Source: Savitreella phatthalungensis (Eukaryota). From it: 64,000 nt of DNA. Location of the stretch: assembly GCA_051599415.1 (NCBI GenBank), contig AP039693.1, forward strand, positions 558,001 to 622,000, given 5' to 3'. The notes under the pieces were generated by a model, which was not told where the DNA came from, made no database searches, and worked only from the letters and a program-made list of their open reading frames with translations. Below, piece after piece: positions 31,215-44,600 of this stretch. Numbering within the stretch: position 1 is the first letter of the stretch; each line of letters opens with the position of its first letter. The position numbers and the translations under genes were made by a program.

Positions 31215-31958
31215 TGATGTGGACTGTATGTGACAGTGATAGAGAATACAAGGCTGTTGCAGCGCGTGATGTTATGAGAGTTGAAGTCTGAGAGTCTGAA
31301 CTGGCCAGTGAGCTTGAACCCCCAGATCTTTGGCGCTCACCCAAGAAGAAGAAGAACAACAAGGCTCCTGCCGCCTCTGCCTGTGAGTGAGAGAAGCAGA
31401 CTAGCTTGGGATGGGCGTGATGCTGTTGTCGGTGTTGTCGATAGTTATGGCTAGGAGGTCTAATGTAGAACGGGAAGATATGTGAAAGGGAGAGTTGTAG
31501 TAGAATGGATCATAAACAAAAGGCAACGCATTCCATCCAATCACGTGTCTGATCAATACTGGAAATTCAAAATTCAAATTCAGAAAAACGTGACCTTGAA
31601 AAAAGACAAAATAAAATTGACAGTTTTCAAATTTATGCAGGATCGAGAATGTTGAATTTCGTACTAATAAATAATCACCATCAAATAATCTAGATCGATC
31701 GTGCATATGCACACGTCAGATCATACTCACCCACTCAATCAGTCATTCTATCATCGAGTCAGTCTTTTTTTTTCCCTTTGGTCAAACAGCTTCAGTATTG
31801 GTATCAGCATCAGCACTAGTAGCAAACAACAGTGCAACAGTACTACTACATCTTCATCTGAGCCTTCATCCTAGTCCTCTCTATCTCTCCCTGAAGTATT
31901 CTGCAGAGACGGCATCTTCCTGCTCAAATTACATCACTCCACAAAACTTTCACCTGCC

Positions 31959-32655
31959 ATGAATCACTCGAGATTGGCCCTTAATGCTCTGACACGGTCA
32001 ACGTGCACATCAATGGCCTTCCTTCGTCCTCACTTGCAAAGCATTCATCCACAATCACCTTTCTCAGCATCATCGATCAATCAATGCAGAAATCTGACCA
32101 CCACCCACACTCTTCGGCATAAGCACATCGACAAACCCGCTGCAGGAGAAGAGTAAGTTTTACACTATACAATCCAAAGGGACAAGTGACTGATCATCAT
32201 TTTCTACTCAAAAGAATTCGAGTCACCTTCATCCTTCAGAACGGCAAGAAGCAGACTGTTGATGCACCTAAAGGCGCTTCCATCCTCGACGTTGCCCACG
32301 AGAATGACATTGATCTGGAAGGTGCATGTGAAGGATCAGTAGCGTGCTCTACCTGTCACGTCGTCGTCGAGCCTTCGTACTACGACAAGTTGGAAGAGCC
32401 AACGGACGAGGAGAATGATATGCTCGACCTCGCTTTCGGCCTCGAAGAAACAAGTCGACTGGGATGTCAAGTCGAGCTTAGCAAGGATCTCGACGGCATC
32501 ACAGTCAAGCTGCCAAGCGCAACGCGTAAGTTCTTAGAAACGTCCATCACAGACGAACTTGATCTCTGCATCAGAGTCTTCGTTCTCCAGCAAATTCTTA
32601 CAGACAGAATGACTGACCCTTCTCCCTTCTAGGCAACATGCAATTCAAGAACTAG
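31959..32655 (+). CDS. YAH1: Mitochondrial [2Fe-2S] ferredoxin (adrenodoxin type), 175 aa; exons 31959-32152, 32215-32525, 32633-32655
   Basis: [15 protein letters not shown] and SRLGCQ motifs. GTAAGT donors at 32153 and 32526, CTGAY branch points and AG acceptors at 32214 and 32632 keep the frame and give a C-terminus ATRNMQFKN; Arg/Ser-rich presequence. Confidence 0.93.
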
Positions 32656-33244
32656 ATTGTCGCCATGACAAATTTCCTGCTCTAGCCCTATGGGACTGAC
32701 TTATCGATGTGACTCCGGCCATTAGAAATGTAAATATACAAAGTCATCCTACCCTTGAGCAGGCCAGATCCAAGTCCAGACCAAGAGGAAAGCGGAAAGA
32801 TACAACGCACTGCTTCTCTTGACTTGAAACTTTCTCTCGAGTGTCCAGTGTCCATCCACTCTCCCAATACACTCTCAATAGACTTCCGATGCTGCTCTCA
32901 CCTTTTTCAGTAGAAGCTATAATTAGCAATCAGCCATTGACCATGGATCATGGGCATGCATCAAACCGTGCATTGATGAAATTTCCCTTGAATTCGTGCA
33001 TTGAAATCGATCGATCGGTCGATCCATCTTGTACATCGGCTGCAGTTACCTGGGTCGGGGTAATTTTGAAGCTTGCATGCATCAGATTCCGTGAAATGTA
33101 GCCCCCATGCGCGGGACTTCCGAATAGACAATCTATCAGTATATGTTTGTACTACGCAAGCTGCAGATCGACTTCGAGCTCAAGTACTTGAACACAAGCA
33201 GAGCGCAGTACTTCCTTCCAGAGATCAATCGTTAATAGACTTCC

Positions 33245-34042
33245 ATGTCAGCTGCATCCATAGATTCTATACCGGATAATGAGGATCCACTATCCTTTGT
33301 CAAGGCCTACACGGGCATTGACGATACTGACGAATTGAGACGCCGGCAGGAAGCCACAAGGGCTGCATCCAGAGACTCCTTCCAATTCAGGTGCTGTGAT
33401 GGCCGGTTCGTGAGGCCTACGATCGAGCGGTTTCCTCGGTGGAAAGCTCTGAAAGATCATCACCGGCATGACGGCACACGGATCTTCGAGGTCGGTAGCT
33501 GCTTCTGCCAGGACCTCCGATGTCTGCTGTACCACGGCTTTCCTGCCGACACGCTCGGCGGCACAGACATCACACGAACCTACCACGACGCCTCCACCAT
33601 CCTCTTCGGCGACGACCTCTCGACCAAAATCAGCATGCACTTTGGCCCATTCAAAGCATCCGATCACAAAAAACCCTATGACCTCGTCCTCCTAAGCAAC
33701 GTCCTACACTGTCTGACGAGAGAGCTGGTAGCGGATGTCGTCCACCAGGCATTTCTCCTGCTGAGTGATCGATGGCAGGCAAGTGGGATGGACGGCCTGG
33801 AAGGTGAGGGTGGGATGTTGTGGGGAGTGACGGTGGCTCAGCACGAGGAAGGTCCGTGGGAGATGGGTGGTTCAGGAGGTCGCAACTCAGGTAGGTGGCT
33901 CCATTCGCCAGAATCCCTCAAGCAATTGCTCCTCAACACAGGCTTCAAGGCTGTCAATGTCCAAGTCATCAGAAGTGACACAGCCAGAGACAATCCAGGC
34001 GATAATGCGACCATCCGTGTCTACTTCGAGGCCCGGAAATAG
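33245..34042 (+). CDS. Class I SAM-dependent methyltransferase (fungal AusD-like family)
   Basis: FEVGSCFCQDLRCL..HG....L.GTD (motif I variant of LDxGCCFGQDLR) and YDLVLLSNVLH. Confidence 0.75.
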   Translation: MSAASIDSIPDNEDPLSFVKAYTGIDDTDELRRRQEATRAASRDSFQFRCCDGRFVRPTIERFPRWKALKDHHRHDGTRIFEVGSCFCQDLRCLLYHGFPADTLGGTDITRTYHDASTILFGDDLSTKISMHFGPFKASDHKKPYDLVLLSNVLHCLTRELVADVVHQAFLLLSDRWQASGMDGLEGEGGMLWGVTVAQHEEGPWEMGGSGGRNSGRWLHSPESLKQLLLNTGFKAVNVQVIRSDTARDNPGDNATIRVYFEARK

Positions 34043-34332
34043 TAGCGTCTCCCTTAGAAGGCTGTGTACAACACAGTAAGCCTGAGAGAATCCTCAAACA
34101 CAATCAGACGTATCACAACTCTCTGATTGGCCAGTCCGGCTCCACAATTATCTGGGGTTGCGAATTGACCTACGCAGTCCTCACTTGCCTACCCTCGGCT
34201 CATTCATCCGTTCATCCGACAATCCTACCACTTCGTCAGTCGATCTATCCGGCTCTTCACAGCACACCCAGTCTCAATTCAAAGACAAGACGACTGCATC
34301 TCTTCGACCGACTCTTCTTACCTGTCCTGACG

Positions 34333-35451
34333 ATGAACGCAGAATTAGTGCTCGACGGCGTCACGTACGATCAACTGCCGCTGGACAAGGCACATCCCGT
34401 CCTGACTGGCTGGCACTGGGGTTCTGAAGACCAGCTTGGCACACTGAATTACCTGACTCCGTCTCGCGTCCATGCAGCTGCTGCCGAATGCGTTCGGACC
34501 GGTGTCCGATGCAGCTTGAACTGGGACATGACCCATCCATCGACGCCAGGGTTCGGTCGACAGGCACTCCGTCACGAGATCCTCAACAAATCACCTCGCG
34601 CAGTCGCAGACGACGTCATCCACTTCAACACCCAGCACTCTACCCAGTGGGACGGTTTCCGACACTTCGGCATCCAGTCACTCGCACGCTTCTACAACAA
34701 CCGCACGCTCGACCAGGCAGTCGACCCTGCCTCCTCCGACCTCGGGATCGGTCGGTGGAGTGAGGAGGGTGGTGGTGTGGCTGGGAGGGGCGTGGTGCTG
34801 GATGTGTGGGGTCTGGCAGTGGCGCGGTTGCAGGCTGGTGGAGAGGGAGCATCCGACGCGGATGTGCTGAGGAGGTATCATGCGCCTGACTTCTCAGACG
34901 CCTACACCCCTACCAACATGCCGTACGACCCATTCACCTCCCACCCGATCACGTTCGAAAACCTCCAGGACGCAGTCCGTCTCTCGGGACTCCTACACAT
35001 CCCAAAGGCATCCATCCTCCTCGTCAGATCAGGCTACCACGCCAGGTACGCTGCCTCGACCATTGACGAGATTGCAGGCAAGGCTGCTGAGAAGCCGTCG
35101 CCCGCGTATGCAGGGTTGGCTCAGTGTGGGAAGGTTGCGAGGTGGTTGTTTGATAGCAAGTTTGCTGCGGTTGCAGGGGATGCGCCTGCGTTTGAGCGCT
35201 GGCCGCCTAGATCGCCTGCAAAGACGTACCCCCAAGACGATCGCCTCGAGATCGACCCGCTCCCGGAAGGCAGGTTCCTCCACGAGATCGTCCTCGCTGG
35301 CTGGGGCACCCCAATCGGTGAGATGTTCTACCTAGAGAAACTCGTTCACCACGCGCGCAGTCTCAGAACAACACAGTGCTTCCTTGCAGGCGCACCACTC
35401 AACCACCCTGCAGGCGTAGCATCCCCACCCAACCTCGTCGCCATGTTCTAG
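34333..35451 (+). CDS. Putative cyclase / kynurenine formamidase-like metallohydrolase
   Basis: First ATG at 34333. WGSEDQLGTLNYLT, FNTQHSTQWDGFRH, GVAGRGVVLD, AAVAGD, LHE...GWGTPIGEMF and GVASPPN. Confidence 0.88.
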   Translation: MNAELVLDGVTYDQLPLDKAHPVLTGWHWGSEDQLGTLNYLTPSRVHAAAAECVRTGVRCSLNWDMTHPSTPGFGRQALRHEILNKSPRAVADDVIHFNTQHSTQWDGFRHFGIQSLARFYNNRTLDQAVDPASSDLGIGRWSEEGGGVAGRGVVLDVWGLAVARLQAGGEGASDADVLRRYHAPDFSDAYTPTNMPYDPFTSHPITFENLQDAVRLSGLLHIPKASILLVRSGYHARYAASTIDEIAGKAAEKPSPAYAGLAQCGKVARWLFDSKFAAVAGDAPAFERWPPRSPAKTYPQDDRLEIDPLPEGRFLHEIVLAGWGTPIGEMFYLEKLVHHARSLRTTQCFLAGAPLNHPAGVASPPNLVAMF

Positions 35452-35500
35452 TGGATCACAACCACACAAAGGGATAGATAAAGAAGATGAGATGGCAGAT

Positions 35501-37552
35501 CTACAGATAGCGACGGACATAAGACATGAGTTGATCGTCGTCGACGAGTGCGAGTGGTTTCGTGAGGTGGTGCATGGCGGTGTCAAAGTCGATGTTGCCG
35601 TTGCCTGCGGCAATGAGTGGTGCTGTCTGTGTGCGGATGAGTGCTAGGGATGCTGCTTCTAGGACGTTGAATTGGCGTGCGCGTGGGTTGGAGGACGGGG
35701 CGATCAGGAGGAGGACGTCCCAGAGTCTGAGCTGGGTGCGGAAGGGGACGCTGCCGTGGAACCAGGTGAGGTACCAGCGTGTGGCGAAGGCTGCAGGGTG
35801 GACGCCAGCGTCGACCAGGCGCTTCAGGATCCCACCTTCCTTCCGCATTCGCAACGCCAGCCGCTCGTGCAGGCCGGTCAGGCAAGCAAATCCAGGCTGG
35901 TACAGCGTCGCGACCCCGCGCTCCGTCCACAGCCAGCACAGCAGCACGAATGCTTCCTCTTCCGTGTAGTAGCAGAGGAGCGTGGCCGCAAGCGACGCCA
36001 TCCCCTGCACGTACCCTGTCGATGGGAAATACGCGGCGAGGCAGTGGAGGACGCGTGATAGGAGTGCCTGTCCACCGCGGTGGCGCCGACGGAACAGGAC
36101 ATGGTCGCCGATCGTCCGAGGCACGTCCAGCTCGATCTGGCGTGAGACGTCTTCGTCGAGGCCTGCGATTCGAGGTGGACGAAGTGTGTCGTCTGCGGGA
36201 CTGCCGTCGATGCTCGTCCGGAAGGGCGTGCGGGAGAGGAGCTCGCGGTAGGAGACGCACAGTGCGCTCTCCCGTGGAGACCTGCCTCGAGCGATGGCTG
36301 AGTGGCGGAGGAATGCGCGCCATGCGGCCGCACGCCAGCAGTCTGGGATGCCCTTGTACGTGCGGGAGACGAGCTTCGAGGTGATGTGAAAGTCGAACAG
36401 CATGGTCGAGCATCCCTTCGGTGCTGCGAGGTAGATGGGGACTGCCATATCGCGCCATTTGAGAGCACGTGACGCCTCTTTGTCACTCACCACGATGTGT
36501 TCGGCCTCTTCTTCGACGGCCTCCGCAAGCTCGGCCTGGTCAGCGACACGATAGTTGGACTTCCGCCGGTCACTCGCTTCGAAATCTGCAGAAATATGAG
36601 CCGATGCCCGTCTCATCGCTTTCGACCATGTCCGTGAGCGCTTGATGCCCGAACGCTTCGGTGACGGGTGTGACGTCTGTGTTGGTCGCTTGATGAAGCC
36701 ATAGCGATCGACATCGGCATTCTGCAGGCCGTCATAATCTTCAAGCGCGTCGCGGCCTGGATCTGCCTCCGGGTCGAAACCTGCCGCCTCTGTGACCGCG
36801 GGATAGTAGGAAGATTGACGTCGACGAGCGGTTTCGCCGGCGAATGACGACGGACGTGGGCGTGACGGAAGGCTGGCGAATCGGGCGGTGCGGCCGTACA
36901 CGCTATCGATGCGTTGACGCTCTGCTTCGCGTGCAGCCTCTTCCTCTGCGAACCACTTGCCCATGCCGAGACCGACATTCTGCCTGAGCCGCACAGCGGG
37001 CACGCTGGCCGATCGGTCAATCGCTCGCTTGGGTGCTACTGTTGGAGGAATAGGAATAGGGGGCGAAATGACTGATGTAGGCTCCTGGCGAAGAGACTGA
37101 AGTGGGAGGGCTATGCCATGCGCCGTGAGCTTCCCGGATGCATTTTCTGCTGCCTGTGCTGCAGGAGAGACGCGCGAAGATGTGATACTCGGTGGCATGC
37201 CGCAGCTGACATAGTCGTAGTCTAGTGGTACTGAATCAGTGTGTGGACTGGCTTGCGAGGAGGATGCCGTTGTCTCTGTTGCTGTGCTCGGTGGGGTGGA
37301 GTTGGTGACTGATCGAGGAAGAGAAGGAACAGCGGTTGGAGCTAAGGCCTGGGCTGGAGCTTTGCCGTAAGGTTCCGGGGACTGATTTCCAGGCTGCTGT
37401 TGATGGTACCTGTTGTGATGTGGTAGGTCTTGGTAGTGTGAGTATGGCTGTTGTTGCTGTTGCTGCTGCTCTTGATACTGCTGCTGATATTGCTGCGGGG
37501 TGAAGCCGAAGGGTAGGTGATTGATCCTGTCGACGTCTACCATCGGCGACAT
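35501..37552 (-). CDS. TBC (Rab-GAP) domain protein
   Basis: KGIPDCWRAAAW, Arg finger IELDVPRT, Gln finger GYVQGM and LRLWDV; Gln-rich disordered N-terminus. Confidence 0.92.
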   Translation of the reverse strand: MSPMVDVDRINHLPFGFTPQQYQQQYQEQQQQQQQPYSHYQDLPHHNRYHQQQPGNQSPEPYGKAPAQALAPTAVPSLPRSVTNSTPPSTATETTASSSQASPHTDSVPLDYDYVSCGMPPSITSSRVSPAAQAAENASGKLTAHGIALPLQSLRQEPTSVISPPIPIPPTVAPKRAIDRSASVPAVRLRQNVGLGMGKWFAEEEAAREAERQRIDSVYGRTARFASLPSRPRPSSFAGETARRRQSSYYPAVTEAAGFDPEADPGRDALEDYDGLQNADVDRYGFIKRPTQTSHPSPKRSGIKRSRTWSKAMRRASAHISADFEASDRRKSNYRVADQAELAEAVEEEAEHIVVSDKEASRALKWRDMAVPIYLAAPKGCSTMLFDFHITSKLVSRTYKGIPDCWRAAAWRAFLRHSAIARGRSPRESALCVSYRELLSRTPFRTSIDGSPADDTLRPPRIAGLDEDVSRQIELDVPRTIGDHVLFRRRHRGGQALLSRVLHCLAAYFPSTGYVQGMASLAATLLCYYTEEEAFVLLCWLWTERGVATLYQPGFACLTGLHERLALRMRKEGGILKRLVDAGVHPAAFATRWYLTWFHGSVPFRTQLRLWDVLLLIAPSSNPRARQFNVLEAASLALIRTQTAPLIAAGNGNIDFDTAMHHLTKPLALVDDDQLMSYVRRYL

Positions 37553-37819
37553 GTTGATAGTGCCAGGGCAAGAGAGGCGGCAGTAATTACTTCAACACAT
37601 GCGCCTAGAGCTAGCGTGTGCCTTCAGGTCAAGAAAAGAGGGAGTGAAGGTCCACTCGTACTGGAGAAACAAATTCTCCTTTTCGGATGATTTGTGACGA
37701 CGGAGATGTTGTTCTACGCCTCAACGTCCACCTTGTGGTCGATGGGCGTCACGATGGCGATTTTCGCTTGAAGCTAGGATGGAGAGGGAAAGGGAGCAAG
37801 CGAGAGTGAGGGAATGTGG

Positions 37820-37845
37820 GAGAGAGAGAGAGAGAGAGAGAGAGA
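37820..37845. repeat. (GA)13 microsatellite upstream of the TBC gene
   Basis: Read directly. Confidence 0.9.
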
Positions 37846-38934
37846 TGGGAGTCAGGAAAGCAAGAGAGATTGAAATGAAGGGTGTCGTCAGAGTTTGGAG
37901 GCGCTTACATGAAGATCGACCTCAGGTTCATCTCTCTTCGAGAGCAGGCGTGTTTATGAGAGTGTGTGTGTGCGCGCGTGGGTATGTAGACAGAGTTGAC
38001 CTCGGAAGATTAATGAGACTTGAGGGTGACTGAAGCTACAGCCTGACTGACTGACTAACTGACTGAGTAGCTCACTCACGGCACCTGGACCTCGCTCACC
38101 TATAGAACTCTTTTCCAGATCCTGTTTCCCCTCTTGAGGAAGTCTGACCAGCTATGTCTTACGAGACAGAGACCGGAGTATCCTGGAGACTGTCTACAGC
38201 CTTCCAAGTGAGTGCGTGAAGATGGATGAGTGTGTGTTCAGAGGCTGGCAGGCGTTTCCTGTGCGAGTGCGAGGTTGCGAGGCTTGTGTCCGCTTTCGGA
38301 AGTCGCACAAGCAGGGTCAAAGCCTAAAGGGGAAAAACAAAAGTTTTGAATCTGATCAAGGTGAAAAAGTTTGAAGCCTCTCTACACAAACGTAGATTAC
38401 ACAAGACATCCTCTCCTCGACTACAGTAGAGTACAGTCCAGCTTGCGGATCCACAGTGCTCACACTCAGGTAGAGCAGTGCAGCAGGTGGTTCCATACCC
38501 ATATGCGCTCGAGTCGCTGGAGCTGAAAGTCAAGTCAAAACAGATTCTCCAGTCGACGCGCACGTACACGTAAGGTATATCACGAAATCCACTCAGCGGA
38601 AGCATCCGTCTTCCCGAGCTGAACCTCTCTCCCTTGAGTGGACCGTCGGCCAGGGTGAAACGGGTCTGTAGAGTTCACAATCGAGAGGAGCCGGAGCTGC
38701 TACACTTTCAACCTGGAGGCGGACCTCTATCTCCTCAATGGGTCGGTCACTCAGTCAGTCACCTCCACCCTCGATGGACGCTCGATCGGGAGTCATCGAT
38801 CTACGCATCCCGCAGCACGGGAGGACCCCACTCAGGCCCACGCGGCAGCTCTCAACCGGCAGCGGAAGTATCAGTATCATCTTCTAGATAGTCCTAAGTC
38901 CTCTGACTACCTCACGCTCAGGCACCTTGCCCTA

Positions 38935-40404
<1,470 letters not shown>

Positions 40405-40613
40405 TCACCAGCTCGTTGTGAACACGTCGTCTTTCAGCTTTCCATACATCGGCGCATGACACAGGCTGAAACGCAGGGACAGGTGTGTACCTGCCACGCG
40501 GTCAACCACTTCTACAAACACAATGCTCAACAACACGACACGCAAGACGCTTCACATCTGTCTCTCTGTCAGATTGACAGCAGACTCTCCTTTGTACTGT
40601 CATCAGCTTCTCC

Positions 40614-41600
40614 ATGGAGCGATTTGTGCAAGCGAAGAAGCAGGTGGCGAGAGAACCGCTTGAGGATGTGCGGCCTAGATCGCAACGGCCCTCAGCCAGT
40701 TCAGCAGCGCCGTACATCTTGCTATGGATCGCTGCCTCGTCCGCAGTCATCCTTCACAACGACTACCTGCTCCGTCATGGGTTTCCTCACCCACTGACGC
40801 TGACGACGATCCACCTGTCGTTCGCAACGGTTGCCACGCAGGTTCTCCGCCACTCGACGACGCTGATCGGTGGCGGTGGGATGACGGCAGGGTTATACCT
40901 CCGCCGGATGGTCCCGATCGCTGCCACTTTCTCCGTCAGTCTTGCTCTCTACAACACAGCCTACCTCCACCTGTCCGTCGCCTTCATCCAGATGGTCAAG
41001 GCCAGCACCCCCGTTGCCGTCCTCCTCGTCTCCTTCATCGCCGCTGCTCTCACCCCACAACCACACGGTCAGGCCGGCAGTCCACTCGAACGCGCATGGC
41101 AGACGTGCCAGATGTCACGCCGCCTGCCTCGTGTGTGTGTAGTGGTGGTGGGTGTGGCGACTGCTAGTTATGGTGAGTTGGCGCTCGATGGGTTTGGGTT
41201 GGCTGTGCAGGTCGGTGGGATCCTGTTTGAGAGCACTCGGTTGGTGCTGCTGGAGCACACGGTCAAGGGGATGGATGCGCTGACTGCGTTGTACTATTTC
41301 GCACCTGCGTGTGCTGCGCTGAATGCGTTCCTCGCGGCAGCGAAGGAGTGGCCGATCGGGCTGCCAACGCCATCACAAGCAGGCGTGCTGGTAGCGAATG
41401 CGGGGCTTGCATTTGCACTTAATCTCGCAGTCCTCATGCTGGTTCGGAGGACCTCAGGCCTCGTGTTGACGCTCTCTGGAGTCCTGAAGGACATCTGGCT
41501 CGTCACGCTCGGATGCACAGTTCTCGGTCACACAGTCACCCCACTCCAGATTGCAGGATATGCTGTCGCCCTCGCAGGCCTTGTTTGGTATCGTTCGTGA
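40614..41600 (+). CDS. Nucleotide-sugar transporter (TPT/DMT family), probable UDP-galactofuranose transporter (GlfB/UgtA-like)
   Basis: PLTLTTIHL.FAT..TQ, FSVSL...N.AYLHLSVAFIQMVKA.TPVAVL, LYYFAP.CA and TSGLVLTLSGVLKDI; adjacent to UGM. Confidence 0.85.
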   Translation: MERFVQAKKQVAREPLEDVRPRSQRPSASSAAPYILLWIAASSAVILHNDYLLRHGFPHPLTLTTIHLSFATVATQVLRHSTTLIGGGGMTAGLYLRRMVPIAATFSVSLALYNTAYLHLSVAFIQMVKASTPVAVLLVSFIAAALTPQPHGQAGSPLERAWQTCQMSRRLPRVCVVVVGVATASYGELALDGFGLAVQVGGILFESTRLVLLEHTVKGMDALTALYYFAPACAALNAFLAAAKEWPIGLPTPSQAGVLVANAGLAFALNLAVLMLVRRTSGLVLTLSGVLKDIWLVTLGCTVLGHTVTPLQIAGYAVALAGLVWYRS

Positions 41601-41697
41601 AGATCGTTATTACAGAGAGAAAGAAAGGAAGAAGGTACAGTATGGGGGGAATACAGGTAGTACGGTGGCATGGTGAGGCAGGCCTGACGTCCGTATT

Positions 41698-44600
41698 CTA
41701 CTGCACTGGCAGAGAACGCGCATCTGCTTGCAAGAGCTTAGCCGAGATATGCGCAATCATTCGATAGAGCTCACCATTCTCGTCGTTGACTGTGGGTGAC
41801 GTCTGGGTGCCTTGTTCCCTGGCGTATGCTGAAGGCTGCTGTGAGTTGGTCGTGCTCGTGCTGCTCGGCATTGGTCGGTGATTGGCCGGCTTCTTGAGAG
41901 CAATAGCCTGCGACGGATCGTTCCTGTAGACGATGGAAGTGGACGGGAAGGCAAATGGTGAGGCGCCTTGCGGAGAGCCTATTGGTGGTTGCCGCATCGA
42001 CCCGCCGACGCCTGAGTGAACAGACTGAGTACTCGAGCCTGTCATACTTGGGGCAGAATCCGCCTTGGCTGTCATTGAGCCTTGCTGGGCAGGCTGACTT
42101 GTGTCATGCATTGGCGCTGCGCTAGTCCCGCCGATTGCCATGCTGCTGCCGCTGCCTGCCGTGCGCGAGCCACGATGATGTGGATGGACGCTTGCGAGGT
42201 ACGTAAAGCCGAGATCTTCTAGATACTGCGCTCGGGACCTCTGTGAGGTCTCGCGAGTGTACGTCTCATCATCGACGACTGTCAATATAATGCGATCGAT
42301 CAGGGCGAGCAGCTCCGGATTTTTCGATCGAGCGATGATATCTTCTAGCCAGGGGACAAGATCGACGTAGATGATTGGGAAGACCTCTGGCAAAGCGGCT
42401 GATGCCTCGGCCATGAGCGCGTAGTCGTGCAGGCAGCCGTCGCCAACCTCAAATAGCGAGGCAATGAGCGACAGCAGTAGAAGCGCGTGTGTATTGTCGG
42501 GAATCTCGCTGTGGGCGAAGAAGGCGCTAGCGACATCTTCGTCCGGCCCAACGCCTTCCAATCCGGCCAATTTGAGAAGCGTTTCTTGTTCGTCTCTTGT
42601 CTTGGCCATGTGGAGAAGCATGGCGAGGAATGGCGAAATGCTTGTCCGTCGATTCGGCGTATCAGAGATAGATGTCAGGATGGAGATCAGTACTTGCCTG
42701 GTCAAGGCAGCATCCTGAGAATTGAATCTGCCCTGAAGCAGCATGGCGGCAACCGCGAACGGCATTCGGTCACCGAACCGTACACCAATGTGCGTGCCAA
42801 AGTCATGCAACTCCTGCATCACGTCCTTGCAAGTGATCTCAACATCGAAGACATCGTTAAGCACGAGCGGGTTTCGAGATATGCAAGCGTCGAAGAGCTC
42901 GAGCGCGGCGATCGCGACGTAGTCCTCGTGGACCTGCATCAGACACAGTGCCATGACTGCTAGACGAGCCAGGGGAAGCTGACCTGGCTCACTGTGGAGG
43001 ACGAGGTCGCGGAAACTGAAAGCGGCCGAGAAGATGATACCGGAGCTGTAGACGGGATTTCGTACATCGGCAAGCGCGTCCACGAGCAAATTCATGAGCT
43101 CTCGCAAAAGGCGGTCGACGTCCTGAGGGCGTGCGAGGGCTCCAGCGGCTAGGATCGCTCGACCCTGCGCCCTTGATGGCGTCGCGGCCGTTTTAGCAAG
43201 CATCACCGACAGCCTGTCCCATTGAGTCGGGTCGAGGCGAGACAGGCACGATCTCATAGCCTCCAGCAGCAGATTAAAGAACTTGAGCTTGTGACCATAG
43301 CTTCGATCAGGCCGAAGATTTTGATGCGCAGTTTCAAATTTTGGCTGAATCGAGTCCACCTGGAGATTCTGCGCAAGGTTGAAGCAGACCTGGCGGGTGA
43401 ACTCTGTTGCTCCAGGCAGCTTTCCAGCGAGTACAATCGTTGCGTAGAAGAGCTCAGCAAGGTAGTCCTCTGAGTGTGTGCGAGACATGTACGAGGTCTC
43501 CGTGCAAAGCTGGAGGACGACAAGGAGCTCACGTCCATCAAATTCGACCTCCATAGCTGCAGATCGGTCAAGCGCAAGAGAAAAGGTGGTCATCAGCTCA
43601 GCGATTAGCACATCCGAGTCGATGGCTCTGAGGACGCGAGATACGGCCGAAACTTCACGCGTGTTGATTGCATACATGCGAGCGAAGCCCCAAAGCGATT
43701 CCCACAGAAGGGAATGTAGACGATGAGCGCCGCGTGTCTTGATGCTGAACGTCTCCCACAAGGTCATCAGAGGCTCAGCCACGTCAAGATAGACTGTGGT
43801 GACGACCAAGAACTGTCGACACGCTGCAGATATTGCCGCGGCGTCTTCCAGCTGGATAAGGCGTTCGAGCCACGGTCTCAGGTATGCGTAACTCGCGTTG
43901 ACGAGCGTCTGACGAGTTATGCTTGCAAGTGAATACCTGATGAATGCCGAAACGACTTCTCTTGCTTGTCGACAGCTCTTATTCGAGTACGCTTCGATGT
44001 GTTGAGCCGAAAGCATGGGTAAATGACCTCGTGAAGTGACAAGCTGGCCATCCTGCTGCAAGGTATCCAGGATCTGGGTCGCGAGCCCGCGTGTCTCTGC
44101 ATCGAGTGACGAAAGGTTGTGCAAGGCGGTGTGATGTAGGCGCGCACTGATCTCAGGAGGGTCGACCGGGTCACGTGAACGCATCAAGGGACGTTTTTCC
44201 ATGAGTGTTCGTACTGTGGCGACGAACGCATCGGCCAGTTTCACTTGAAGTTGCAACGTTGGCCGGTGTTGATCGCGGATAAATAACAGTTGTCCCTCAG
44301 GCAGGCGCACGAGCATGACTTCAAGTAGTTCATCGATCCGATATGCCTCGAAGAGCGTCAGGTTGCCGAATCTCCCAGCATCGATTCTGCCCTGGGTCAC
44401 GAGTATCAGGACTTCATCCGTGAAACGTAGACTGACGTTGATGCGCTGCGATCCCAGCACAAGCACTGCATCCTCGAAGGTCTGGAGAGGTGCCTCCGGC
44501 GGAACGACGTGACGCACAGGTAGCGAGGTCTTCGCGTAATCGTAATAGACCGTGAGGTCGTGCAGACTCGAGGTAAAGCGAAACTTGCTCACGTCGTGGT

